From positions 1-34,691 of IMG/VR virus record IMGVR_UViG_3300028048_000053: DNA of 34,691 nucleotides; one strand, written 5' to 3'. The first letter of the stretch is position 1; every line of letters starts with the position of its first letter. This DNA comes from a virus. Positions 23,757-32,909 of this stretch are shown piece by piece. The position numbers were made by a program, and so were the translations under genes. The notes beneath the pieces were generated by a model that was not told the DNA's origin, did not search any database, and saw nothing but the letters and a program-made list of their open reading frames with translations.

Positions 23757-24485
23757 TTGCATACCGTGGTTGCCAAATCATTCCAGTCCTTAGAGATTCT
23801 TGACGAGCCCCATGCAGTCGGCGGCAAGCCCGCTTTGTATGTTACAGTGCGCACCAAGACTGGCGGTACTCGTGTAGTTAGATGGTATAGCGATAAAGAG
23901 TATGCCAAGATGTATCCTGGCGAGGCTCCTGCGGCGACCCAGCCTCTGCGACCTCTCAAGGAAGTCCTTGGCTTTGAGAAGGGCTACATTACTATCTTCA
24001 AGGGAAATACCTACGAAGATAGGGATTATTTCAAACTCAATGCGGCTCGCTATCACAAGTTGTGGGGGTGGTATTTCATTTCTACCGACGAGCTTCCCAC
24101 CGATATTCCCGAGGATGTAACCCCCATTCGGCTTAATTGGGAAGATATTAGTACCGATGATAACACCCTAAAGAATGATGCGGCAATTACCGCTGCTGTT
24201 GAATCTCTTATCTATGAACCCGATAACAGCGAGTATCAGGGTGAGGTTGGGGATAAGCTCGAACTTGTCGTTGTGGTAGAAAAAGCTGTCGATCTCGATG
24301 GCTACTTCGGTCGTTCTCGAATGCACATCTTTAGGGACTATGACGGGAACTGCTATGTCTGGACCACGTCCGCGCGGAACTGGGAACCGCAGACCGAGCA
24401 TCATATTATCGGAACCGTAAAAGACCATAAGCTGTACAAAGGAACCAAGCAGACCGTGCTCACGCGCTGCCGGAGTCTAGATTAA
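23757..24485 (+). CDS. hypothetical protein (~240 aa; start TTG 23757 or, more likely, GTG 23766 which sits 9 nt after AAGGAG)
   Basis: ORF track; no ATG with SD nearby. Confidence 0.65.
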   Translation: MHTVVAKSFQSLEILDEPHAVGGKPALYVTVRTKTGGTRVVRWYSDKEYAKMYPGEAPAATQPLRPLKEVLGFEKGYITIFKGNTYEDRDYFKLNAARYHKLWGWYFISTDELPTDIPEDVTPIRLNWEDISTDDNTLKNDAAITAAVESLIYEPDNSEYQGEVGDKLELVVVVEKAVDLDGYFGRSRMHIFRDYDGNCYVWTTSARNWEPQTEHHIIGTVKDHKLYKGTKQTVLTRCRSLD

Positions 24486-24499
24486 GGAGGGATAAGACG

Positions 24500-24652
24500 A
24501 TGCGCAGATACTACAAATATTGCGTAATGGGCAGAGAGCGCAATAAAGACACGGGCATTCACCCAATTAGCATCCATATCACTTTTTTGGGAGCTGTGAT
24601 TGGATATATGTTTGCCCTGCAAGATTTTAAAGATGTTTATTTGATTAAGTAA
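24500..24652 (+). CDS. small hydrophobic protein (50 aa)
   Basis: TAAGGAGGGATAAGACGATG; stop TAA 24650-52; below ORF-track cutoff. Confidence 0.5.
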   Translation: MRRYYKYCVMGRERNKDTGIHPISIHITFLGAVIGYMFALQDFKDVYLIK

Positions 24653-24665
24653 GGAATTGATGTAA

Positions 24666-25829
24666 ATGGGTTCTAACTCAAAACAGTATTTGATTACAAA
24701 CTGGAAAGCCCTTTTGGAAGACTTTTCAGAACAGGTTAAAGAAGGGCGCTATACAAAAATGCCCTACACAGAATGGCGGGAATTTAATTTGGTAAAGCCG
24801 CCTGAGCGATTTTATTTCTACACTCACACTCCCTCTGAATCGGAGTGGTATGTAAGTTTCCAGTTCAATGGTAAGCATCATACCTATAATGTAAAAACAG
24901 AAGAAGGAGAAGACTCTTTTGGTGATTTTCTTCTTGATGTAGGTAAAAATATAGCTCATTGTGATTACGCTTGCTTGCCAGAAGGCAAAATTTACGAGGT
25001 TAGGATACCAGCCTCGGCTTATCCGTCACTTAATTGTAGTGATACAATAGAATTTACCATCCAAGATGAAGATTGGTTAAAAGAATGGAATAGTATAATT
25101 TCTACCCCTAATAATATAACTATTGATAACACAACAAATAAAAAGGAGGATACAAAAATGAACGACATGTTTAACTTTGATTTTGGCCCTGCTTCTGGCT
25201 ACAATTTCCGTATGAGTCCCTACGGTCTTGCGGTCCGCACCGAGAAGAACGGCTGGGTTGCTTATAATACCCAGACCAATGAGCTCATGGATGTCAATGT
25301 GCTTAACTTTGACATGGATGGCATGATTTATAAGATGCCTGTTGCACTTGCGGCCATCCAGAAGGGCGATATTCTGATGCATTGCGGCAAGCCCGTCTTT
25401 GTGCGCGGTGTGGGGAGTGACACCGTCCAGGTGGTAGACTACGCAAACGCCTCTGTGTCCAGTATTCTGCCCGTGAAGAGCCCGTTCGGGTTTAATTTCT
25501 TCGTTAAAATTGTTTCTCTGATGGACTTCCAGAATATCAACGCCAGCAATGAGAATCCTTTTGGCAATATGCTGCCTTTTATCATGATGAAGAATTCTAA
25601 GCACTCTAGCGACGAGCGTCCTGACATTGACCCCATGGTACTCATGTTTATGATGAATGGTGGCAATGCTAACTTTATGCAGAACCCCATGATGATGTAC
25701 CTCCTTCTGAGCAAGGGGGAGAATGGCGATATGCTCCCTTTTCTTCTCCTGACCGGAATGGGCGCGTCTACTACCCCAGTAGCTTCCGGTCAGGCCCCTG
25801 TCGCTACGTCCAACCAGGCGAACGCATAA
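24666..25829 (+). CDS. hypothetical protein (387 aa) with Met/Phe/Pro-rich low-complexity C-terminal half; strong in-frame internal SD+ATG at 25158
   Basis: ORF track; internal AAAAGGAGGATACAAAAATG. Confidence 0.65.
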   Translation: MGSNSKQYLITNWKALLEDFSEQVKEGRYTKMPYTEWREFNLVKPPERFYFYTHTPSESEWYVSFQFNGKHHTYNVKTEEGEDSFGDFLLDVGKNIAHCDYACLPEGKIYEVRIPASAYPSLNCSDTIEFTIQDEDWLKEWNSIISTPNNITIDNTTNKKEDTKMNDMFNFDFGPASGYNFRMSPYGLAVRTEKNGWVAYNTQTNELMDVNVLNFDMDGMIYKMPVALAAIQKGDILMHCGKPVFVRGVGSDTVQVVDYANASVSSILPVKSPFGFNFFVKIVSLMDFQNINASNENPFGNMLPFIMMKNSKHSSDERPDIDPMVLMFMMNGGNANFMQNPMMMYLLLSKGENGDMLPFLLLTGMGASTTPVASGQAPVATSNQANA

Positions 25830-25936
25830 CTTTCGCAACAAACTAATCCTAAAGGGAGAACAAAAGTTCTCCCTTTACTTTTATAAAAAAATATTATATA
25901 ATATATATAGAAAGTTAAGAAATGGAGGCTTCACAA

Positions 25937-26122
25937 ATGGATAATTACAGAGACGACATTAATCGCATCCTGCGCAACGGCATTGAAATTGCCTGGGACA
26001 AGGGGTACATGGAAGACGATGTTTCGGAATTTGTGCAGAAGCATTTTCCCGACGAGGAAGATGCGGGTTGGGAAAAGGCTTATGAGCTTATTCGTGAAGC
26101 CATGCATACATATTTTGATTAA
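25937..26122 (+). CDS. hypothetical protein (61 aa)
   Basis: class II promoter; AATGGAGG SD; ATG 25937 in frame with ORF 25922..26122. Confidence 0.65.
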   Translation: MDNYRDDINRILRNGIEIAWDKGYMEDDVSEFVQKHFPDEEDAGWEKAYELIREAMHTYFD

Positions 26123-26142
26123 TTAAGAGGGATTAATAATCA

Positions 26143-27825
26143 ATGCAAGATGTTTTTAGCGGATTGACAGAGAAAGATTTAAGAGATATACAGGTAGTAC
26201 GTGCTTATTTTGGCGATAAAGACGAGAGTGACCTTCTCGCACCCTCAGCCTGGTTGCAGCATTGGCAATATAACAAGAATCAGTATTTAAAGTTTCTTTT
26301 TAAGGACAACCTTATCCTTGAGCGCCAAGTTTCTTATCACCAGGAGCAATATGAGCTGTCTCATGTGATTTCCAGAGTCGTCTTCAATGATTTTTGTACC
26401 TATGGCGCTACTGACGAGCAGAAAAAGGCTATGGATTGGAAAACCGCCATGGAAAATTTTTACAGGCCACTCAGAGATTCTTCTAATCCAGAAGTTCAGC
26501 GCGCGTGGTGTGATATTGGCTACTTAATGGAGTGCTGGTATTTGGCCAGTAATGAATTTACCCCAGATGGCGATACGCGCCCCAGTATTGTCCCATATGG
26601 GGATGGAAAAACCTTTAAGATTCAGCCGCATTGTAAGGTAAGTAAAGCTCTTGGGAAACTTAGTCAGATTGCGGGACTACAAGATGAATGGGAGCCCATT
26701 AGAATCAAAATTTCGCAGGTACTGAATCAGAGTAAACTTACAGGAACGCTGCACCTTTCCATCCATCCCATGGATTATTTCACTGCTAGTCTGAACGATT
26801 ATGATTGGCAATCTTGTATGAATTTTATTGATGGAGATTATCGTCGTGGTGTAATCGAAATGATGAATTCTCCTATGGTCGTAGTTGCATATTTGACCGG
26901 AGCCAATAAGAAGTTTCAGGTAATTAACGATGTTTATGCCAATAACAAAAAGTGGAGAGAATTTTTTATCATTACTCCAGAAATGATTAGCGGCGTAAAG
27001 GGTTATCCATACTGGAGCACGGAGCTTGAAGCACAAACTATCAACTGGTTGAGAGAGCTAATTGCGGCCGCCCATGACGAATTGCCAGAGCAGTTCCAGA
27101 AAGTAACCTGGATAGATGGTGTACAAAAGTTTCACGTTGGTGAAAAAAACGAGCTAAAAGGCATTGACCACCCCGTTAGCTTTGACATTCAGTGCGGCCC
27201 CGCCATGTATGATGATTTTTATCATGGTGAAGTGTATCAAGCTATTTTCTCTGATAAAATACCTATGACATACTATCTTGACTATTCTGGCTTTAGCGAG
27301 TGTTTAATCTGCGGCAATGAGTGTGATGAGGACGACGAACCGAATGACGTAGTCTGCGGCTGTTGTAACGATTATGTCCATTGCGTAGGGTGCGGAGATA
27401 GGTATCATAAGGGTGACATACATATAGTTGAATTTGATGGGCAGTATTATTGTTCTTACTGCTATGATAACTTGACCCGATGTGAATCATGTGGAGAAAT
27501 AATAGGTAATGACTACAATGTTTATTACTTCACAAAAACAGCAGAAAATGGAAATAAATATTTGCTGGAGGAAGGCAAAGTTTTATGTGAAGATTGTCTT
27601 GAAAATTACTTAAAAAATCCAGAGGCTGTTAAAGAAATTACCCCTCCATGGATATACTACGCAACTTGGCATACTATAAGCGCCATAGATGTAGATGATT
27701 TGACCGAAGAGGGACAGCAAGAATTATTCAATCGACCACTTGATGAAGTTTTCAATGAATTCAGCTGCTGGAATCTTAATACCAAAGAGGGGCCGAAACC
27801 CCTGGATGAAAAAATCCCTTTTTGA
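26143..27825 (+). CDS. large hypothetical protein (560 aa) with C-terminal cluster of CxxC motifs (multiple Zn-ribbons)
   Basis: ORF track; AAGAGGGATTAATAATCAATG. Confidence 0.75.
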   Translation: MQDVFSGLTEKDLRDIQVVRAYFGDKDESDLLAPSAWLQHWQYNKNQYLKFLFKDNLILERQVSYHQEQYELSHVISRVVFNDFCTYGATDEQKKAMDWKTAMENFYRPLRDSSNPEVQRAWCDIGYLMECWYLASNEFTPDGDTRPSIVPYGDGKTFKIQPHCKVSKALGKLSQIAGLQDEWEPIRIKISQVLNQSKLTGTLHLSIHPMDYFTASLNDYDWQSCMNFIDGDYRRGVIEMMNSPMVVVAYLTGANKKFQVINDVYANNKKWREFFIITPEMISGVKGYPYWSTELEAQTINWLRELIAAAHDELPEQFQKVTWIDGVQKFHVGEKNELKGIDHPVSFDIQCGPAMYDDFYHGEVYQAIFSDKIPMTYYLDYSGFSECLICGNECDEDDEPNDVVCGCCNDYVHCVGCGDRYHKGDIHIVEFDGQYYCSYCYDNLTRCESCGEIIGNDYNVYYFTKTAENGNKYLLEEGKVLCEDCLENYLKNPEAVKEITPPWIYYATWHTISAIDVDDLTEEGQQELFNRPLDEVFNEFSCWNLNTKEGPKPLDEKIPF

Positions 27826-27906
27826 TTTTTTTAAAAAAATAATATATTATATATATACAAGGTAAGAAAAAAATAAAAATTAAATTTTTGAAAGGACTTG
27901 TGAATT

Positions 27907-28320
27907 ATGGAAAAGAAAATTACGAAGCGGAATGTGCTGGATGTTCTGGTTGCGGCCGTCGATGCCGGCGACATTGTTCTGGACACCTACGGTGATGTGA
28001 CTGCCGAGGATGTGCGCAACTACGCCGTCAATGAGATTGCGCTGCTCGATAAGAGGGCTGAGAGAGCCAAGGAGCGTGCGGCCAAGACCAAGGCCGATGG
28101 TGATGAGCTGACTGAGGTGCTGTATGAGGCACTTGGCGCCGACTTTGAGCCTATTCCCGACATTCTGGCTCGCATCGAGGGTGAGGATATCACCGCTGCG
28201 AAGATTGCCGTCCGCCTGAAGAGACTGGCTGACGATGGGCGCGCTGAGCGTTCTGAGATTAAGGTCAAGGCTGCTGACGGTGGTAAAAGCCGCACGTTGG
28301 TTGCGTACCGTAAGGCGTAA
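27907..28320 (+). CDS. hypothetical Ala/Asp/Glu-rich protein (137 aa); GC-rich coding sequence under an AT-rich class II promoter
   Basis: ORF track; overlapping minus ORF 28020..28295 is antisense to this GC-rich gene and judged spurious. Confidence 0.7.
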   Translation: MEKKITKRNVLDVLVAAVDAGDIVLDTYGDVTAEDVRNYAVNEIALLDKRAERAKERAAKTKADGDELTEVLYEALGADFEPIPDILARIEGEDITAAKIAVRLKRLADDGRAERSEIKVKAADGGKSRTLVAYRKA

Positions 28321-28415
28321 TCCGTAGACCGCTTGAATGGAGAGAGGTTAATCCTCTCTCCATTTGTTTTTTATAAAAAAATATTGTATAATAAGAGTAT
28401 AAGGAGTGATAAAAT

Positions 28416-29192
28416 ATGAAATATAGTATTTCTGGTAGATAGCCCAAAGAATTGTTACAAAAAGCGGATGAAATTTTCATTGAGTACAGAGATAAAGATG
28501 TACTTTTTGATTATGTAGAGTTATATCCCGATAAAAAAATTGTGATGTTTATTCCAAAAGATACAGAAGTAGATTGGGATTTACTTAAAAGTTTTAATGA
28601 AAAACTCAATCTTACCTTGGAGATAGAACAAATTAAAGATGCAGAACTGGTTAATTTTCATTGGTTTTGGCACTTTCCGGTAACTACATATTTTGAATTA
28701 GATGGTATTCTTGCGCTTAATACATCGGAAGTTTTAATTGGTGGGCCATTGTTCTTTGACTTAGAGCGAGTAAAAGAGTTGTGCAAGGATATTGAAATAA
28801 GAGCCGTACCAAATGTTGCCTTTGACGCATATATTCCAAGAACAAATGGCATATGTGGCACTTATATCCGTCCAGAAGATGTGGTAACATATGAACCATA
28901 CATTAACACTCTAGTTTTTAAATATGAAGATCTAAAAGAAGAAAGAATGTTATTCCAAGTTTACAAAGAGGATCAGAAGTGGCCAGGTAATCTATATTTT
29001 TTAATTAAAAATCTCAACAAGCATGTAGATAATAGAGGGTTTGAAGAAGATTTCGCAAGCACTCGCCTCAACTGCCGCCAGACCTGCTGCCGCAATCATA
29101 TATGCCATTTTTGTGAATCTTACATTACTTTTATAAACACCATAGATAAAAATAAAAACTATCTAAAGGAACAATTAAATGACGATAAGTAA
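28416..29192 (+). CDS. hypothetical Cys-containing protein (258 codons) whose codon 9 is TAG
   Basis: class II promoter with AAGGAG-N8-ATG 28416 in the standard position; TAG 28440-28442 in frame; ORF 28452..29192 continues in the same frame with no SD of its own. Confidence 0.55.
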
Positions 29193-30120
29193 GAAAGATA
29201 TTGACTTATTAAAAGGCTTATGCTATCTGTCTGAAACCAAAATATTAAAATTATTTTCAGACTTTCTAACCCAGCATCAATACTCTCCCATTGTAACAAA
29301 AGACTATTTGATTGCCGAGGGGGATCTTCCAATTCTTCTGGTTGCTCATGTAGATACAGTTTTTCCAAAAGTACCAACAGAGATTTATTTCGATAGTGAG
29401 AAAAATGTCATGTGGAGTCCTAATGGATTGGGCGCAGATGATCGGGCCGGAGTGTTTGGTATAGCTAAGATTTTACAGCATGAAAGCAACTTGCGGCCGC
29501 ACATTCTTCTCACGACTGGAGAAGAGAGCGGAGGAGTTGGAGTATCTGAATTGATAACCACATTCACAGAGTCACCTTTTTTAGAACTGAAATATGTTAT
29601 TGAACTCGATAGACAAGGATTTGATGAGTGTGTTTTCTACGATTGTGATAATCAGAAATTTATCAATTATGTAACAAGTTTTGATTTTGTAGAAACAATA
29701 GGATTGTTTTCTGATATATCTATTCTTTGTCCAGCTTGGAATATTGCCGGAGTAAATCTTTCTATCGGATATATAGATGAACATTCATATATTGAAAGAC
29801 TCTTTGTAAATAAAATTTATGAAACTATTGAAAAAGTTATAACAATGTTACAAGATTATGACAATATAGATTGTTATAAATATTTTTCAAATTCTTCACG
29901 TTTGGTCGATATGGATTGTTGTGACGTGTGTCACAAAAAGACTATAGATTCAGTATTGACCGTCGCACAGAGTCTAGACTCCGCCAATACCATGTTCTAT
30001 GCGTTAGTATGTCCATCTTGCGCCCAGCGTTGTATACAGTATTGTAAGAAATGTAAAACAGCTTTTATTGACTCATACAAAAATGATTTATGTTATTCAT
30101 GTAGAAAGGAGACAAATTAA
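29179..30120 (+). CDS. M42/M20-type metallopeptidase-like domain fused to a C-terminal Cys-rich Zn-ribbon region (313 aa)
   Basis: LLVAHVDTV, GLGADDRAGV, LLTTGEESGGVG and LDRQG motifs resemble M42 (FrvX/TET-like) metal-binding residues; ORF track. Confidence 0.55.
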   Translation: MTISKKDIDLLKGLCYLSETKILKLFSDFLTQHQYSPIVTKDYLIAEGDLPILLVAHVDTVFPKVPTEIYFDSEKNVMWSPNGLGADDRAGVFGIAKILQHESNLRPHILLTTGEESGGVGVSELITTFTESPFLELKYVIELDRQGFDECVFYDCDNQKFINYVTSFDFVETIGLFSDISILCPAWNIAGVNLSIGYIDEHSYIERLFVNKIYETIEKVITMLQDYDNIDCYKYFSNSSRLVDMDCCDVCHKKTIDSVLTVAQSLDSANTMFYALVCPSCAQRCIQYCKKCKTAFIDSYKNDLCYSCRKETN

Positions 30121-30125
30121 ATAAT

Positions 30126-30428
30126 ATGCGTGGAGCAATTGCGAAAACTCAAGTAGAAGATATTATTGCCAAAGCATTTGGGGATAAGTATATCGGAACA
30201 TATGATAAGAAATTGTATGTTTGGGCCGATGATGGCGGTGAAGAGGTACAAATCTCCATCGCGCTGACCTGTCCAAAAGTACCAGTGGGCGCAGAAGCCG
30301 TGCAAAAGCCTGCGACTATGGATTTTGAAAATAATCCAGACTTTGCGGTCCCCGCACCTGCGGCCGCAGAGATTACACCAGAAGAGACCGCAACTTTACA
30401 GGATATGCTAAAAAAGCTAGGTCTGTAA
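30126..30428 (+). CDS. hypothetical protein (100 aa)
   Basis: ORF track; ATG 5 nt after upstream stop. Confidence 0.65.
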   Translation: MRGAIAKTQVEDIIAKAFGDKYIGTYDKKLYVWADDGGEEVQISIALTCPKVPVGAEAVQKPATMDFENNPDFAVPAPAAAEITPEETATLQDMLKKLGL

Positions 30429-30556
30429 TTGCTACTGGACAAAAGAGATTAATTGAGTTTCGTTAAAAAACTAGTTTAGCGAAACTCAATTTTCCTTTTT
30501 GATTTTTTATAAAAAATAATATATAATATTTATAGAAAGTTAAGGAGGGAAAAGGT

Positions 30557-30805
30557 ATGACACTCCGAGATATCCTTGAGGGGCATCCTCCCGTAGATCG
30601 AATCCAGTGGAGAAGTAATGCTCCAAAAGAATGGGAAGATGAGGAGCCAGACGGCATCTTCTGTGGCTATTGCGCTTGGGATGGTGAAAAACTCGTTTCT
30701 CTAGACGGTGATTATTATTCTCTAAACACAGAAATTTATCGTTATGAGTGGGAAAAAGATGGCTCGCTAACCTACTGGGAAAAAGTGGAGTGGATTTCTG
30801 GATAA
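30557..30805 (+). CDS. hypothetical protein (82 aa)
   Basis: class II promoter; TAAGGAGGGAAAAGGTATG; ORF track. Confidence 0.75.
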   Translation: MTLRDILEGHPPVDRIQWRSNAPKEWEDEEPDGIFCGYCAWDGEKLVSLDGDYYSLNTEIYRYEWEKDGSLTYWEKVEWISG

Positions 30806-30834
30806 ATATATGAAAGTAAAAACTATCGCTCCTA

Positions 30835-30863
30835 TTGATTTTTTATAAAAAATATATTATAAT
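30835..30863 (+). promoter_or_regulatory. class II promoter TTGATT-N17-TATAAT + ATATATAGAAAATAAAGAAAGG
   Basis: -35 30835-30840; -10 30858-30863. Confidence 0.65.
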
Positions 30864-30896
30864 ATATATAGAAAATAAAGAAAGGGGAAATGAAAA

Positions 30897-31049
30897 ATGA
30901 TTATTGAGCATGACACTTACACCGGTGAGATTCGCGCAGAGTGTGAGGGATGTGGCCGGCAATGGCTTTTTGAAGAGTGCGAAGTAATTCTTTCTCCTTG
31001 GCCGCACGTAGAATGTCCTGTATGCGGCGAATTTATACCCTTATTTTGA
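30897..31049 (+). CDS. Zn-ribbon protein (CEGCG...CPVCG), 50 aa
   Basis: ATG 30897; the alternative ATG 30890 hits a stop after 5 codons; TGA 31047-49. Confidence 0.55.
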   Translation: MIIEHDTYTGEIRAECEGCGRQWLFEECEVILSPWPHVECPVCGEFIPLF

Positions 31050-31118
31050 GACGCTTGGGCAAAAAAAGTTAGGCAATAACACCATTTTTTTATATTTATA
31101 TGAAAGGATGTGTGACAT

Positions 31119-32012
31119 ATGCCAAGATATAAAGATGAAACTGGCAATAAGTATGGAAAATTAACCGTTCTATACCCTACCGATAAGAGAAATTCCAAAA
31201 GAGAGATTTTTTGGCATTGTAAATGTGACTGCGGAAATGAGTGTGATGTTTTGGGTAGATTACTGCGAAACGGGAATACTCGTTCTTGTGGTTGTCTAAG
31301 GATTGGCTCAAAAACATTGGATGAAATCGGTAATAGATATGGAAAATTAACCGTAATTTCGTAGGCCAAGGATAAAATTAATAATCATGTTGCGTGGAAT
31401 TGTTTGTGCGATTGCGGAAATAATATTATAGTATCTGGCACAAAATTACGCTCTTAGGAAATCACGGCTTGTCCAACTTGCCGCCAATTGCAAAAGCCAA
31501 AATTGACAGATGTGAATGAACAATATGGTGATCTTACTGTTTTGGAATCTGCAGGACGAGATAAGTATAGAAGATTATTGTGGAAATGTCGATGCTCTTG
31601 CGGAAATATTTGTATTGTTGCCGGCATAGATTTAAGGTCTGGACAAAAAACTAGCTGCGGCTGTAAAAAAACCCTATCTAAAGGGGCAGATAAAATAAGA
31701 CAAATTTTACAAGAAAATAATGTTCATTTTACCTAGGAAAAGACTTTTGATTCGTGTAGATTTCCGGATACCAACTAGCTCGCTCGTTTTGACTTTTATC
31801 TTCCCGAACAAAATGTTTTAATTGAGTATGATGGAAACCAGCACTTTTTTTATACAAATCATCATTGGGATACCAAAGAACATTTTGAATATACAAAAAG
31901 ACATGATGAATATAAAAATCAATGGTGTAAAGAAAACAATATAAAATTAATTAGAATTCCGTATTACGATATAAAGCAAATATCTTATGAAAAGATATTG
32001 GCTCTATTCTAA
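31119..32012 (+). CDS. homing-endonuclease-like protein: three YG.LTV..W.C.C.CGN...SCGC Zn-finger repeats + C-terminal Vsr/DUF559-like PD-(D/E)XK domain (FDFYLP...IEYDG.QH); four in-frame TAG codons
   Basis: single frame maintained 31119-32012 (ORFs 31119..31364 and 31488..31736 share the frame); TAG at 31362-64, 31455-57, 31734-36, 31776-78; no TAA/TGA until 32010. Confidence 0.5.
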
Positions 32013-32023
32013 GGAGGATAGCT

Positions 32024-32512
32024 ATGGAATTAAATGTATTTAAACAGTATTACTCTCCTTGGAACCATATTACCAACTGGCCTCGCAACATCAAACTCTT
32101 TTTCCGCAGATATAAATGGGCTTATCAGAGAGCAACTCGTGGATATGCAGATTGTGACGTCTGGGATTTAGACCACTTTTACACCAATCTTTTTGTGGGC
32201 AGCTTAAATCGGTTGGCAGACATTACGGTTAGCTATCCAGGTGATGAAAATTTTCCCACTTACGAAGATTGGATAAGCTATCTGCGCGAGATGGCCCAGT
32301 TGTTTAGTCGGTCGTTAGAATCAAATAATTATTATCCCACTCCGGCGGAAGAGAAGTGGTGGGATTGGAGTCAGAAGCATGGATGGAAAGACGAAAATCC
32401 TTTTAACGATGACATGATAAAGGAAGCTCATGAGAACGCTCTCAATAGAGAAGAGGATTTTAACAAAGCATGGGAGATGATGGGACGTGTTTATGGACAC
32501 TTGTGGGACTAA
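32024..32512 (+). CDS. hypothetical Trp-rich protein (162 aa)
   Basis: CTAAGGAGGATAGCTATG; ORF track. Confidence 0.75.
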   Translation: MELNVFKQYYSPWNHITNWPRNIKLFFRRYKWAYQRATRGYADCDVWDLDHFYTNLFVGSLNRLADITVSYPGDENFPTYEDWISYLREMAQLFSRSLESNNYYPTPAEEKWWDWSQKHGWKDENPFNDDMIKEAHENALNREEDFNKAWEMMGRVYGHLWD

Positions 32513-32687
32513 AGATTACTTTATTGTTTCTGAGAATGAGGGCAAGTGTATGATTTGCGGCCATGAGACAAATCTCATAGACCCATGTGCTGAAGCTTAT
32601 CTGTGTTCGCCTGAATGCGAAGAAAAACTCATCCAGATGATGGTAGAGTATGAAAGAGAACATCCGATGGAAATTGATTTTTTATAA
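32493..32687 (+). CDS. possible Cys-rich small protein (start uncertain: GTG 32487, ATG 32493 or ATG 32548)
   Basis: ORF track 32487..32687; overlaps the end of the upstream gene; weak SD. Confidence 0.35.
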   Translation: MDTCGTKDYFIVSENEGKCMICGHETNLIDPCAEAYLCSPECEEKLIQMMVEYEREHPMEIDFL

Positions 32688-32702
32688 AAAATAATATATA
32701 AT
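32674..32702 (+). promoter_or_regulatory. class II promoter TTGATT-N17-TATAAT driving the tRNA cluster
   Basis: -35 32674-32679; -10 32697-32702. Confidence 0.6.
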
Positions 32703-32729
32703 ATATATAGAAAGTTAAGAAAGGAATAT

Positions 32730-32816
32730 GGGTCGGTATCCCGTAGCAGGTAGCGGTTCTGGCTGTAAATCAGGTGTCTAGCGACTCGGTTGGTTCGATC
32801 CCAACCCGGCCCACCA
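32730..32816 (+). tRNA. tRNA-Tyr (GUA), class II long variable arm, CCA encoded
   Basis: manual fold: acceptor GGGTCGG/CCGGCCC, anticodon loop CTGTAAA, variable stem GTC/GAC, T arm GTTGG-TTCGATC-CCAAC. Confidence 0.7.
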
Positions 32817-32909
32817 ATCGCCCTATTGGCAGACTAAAACAGAATCTATGCAATAGTATTGGCGCTGTGTCTACTGATATGGCGTCACTGTATGGTGAAG
32901 GAGATTATT

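Noticed and set aside
25077-25841. 254-aa minus-strand ORF
   Set aside because: It is antisense to the 387-aa + strand gene. It has no SD, and its His/Arg-rich low complexity is typical of antisense frames.
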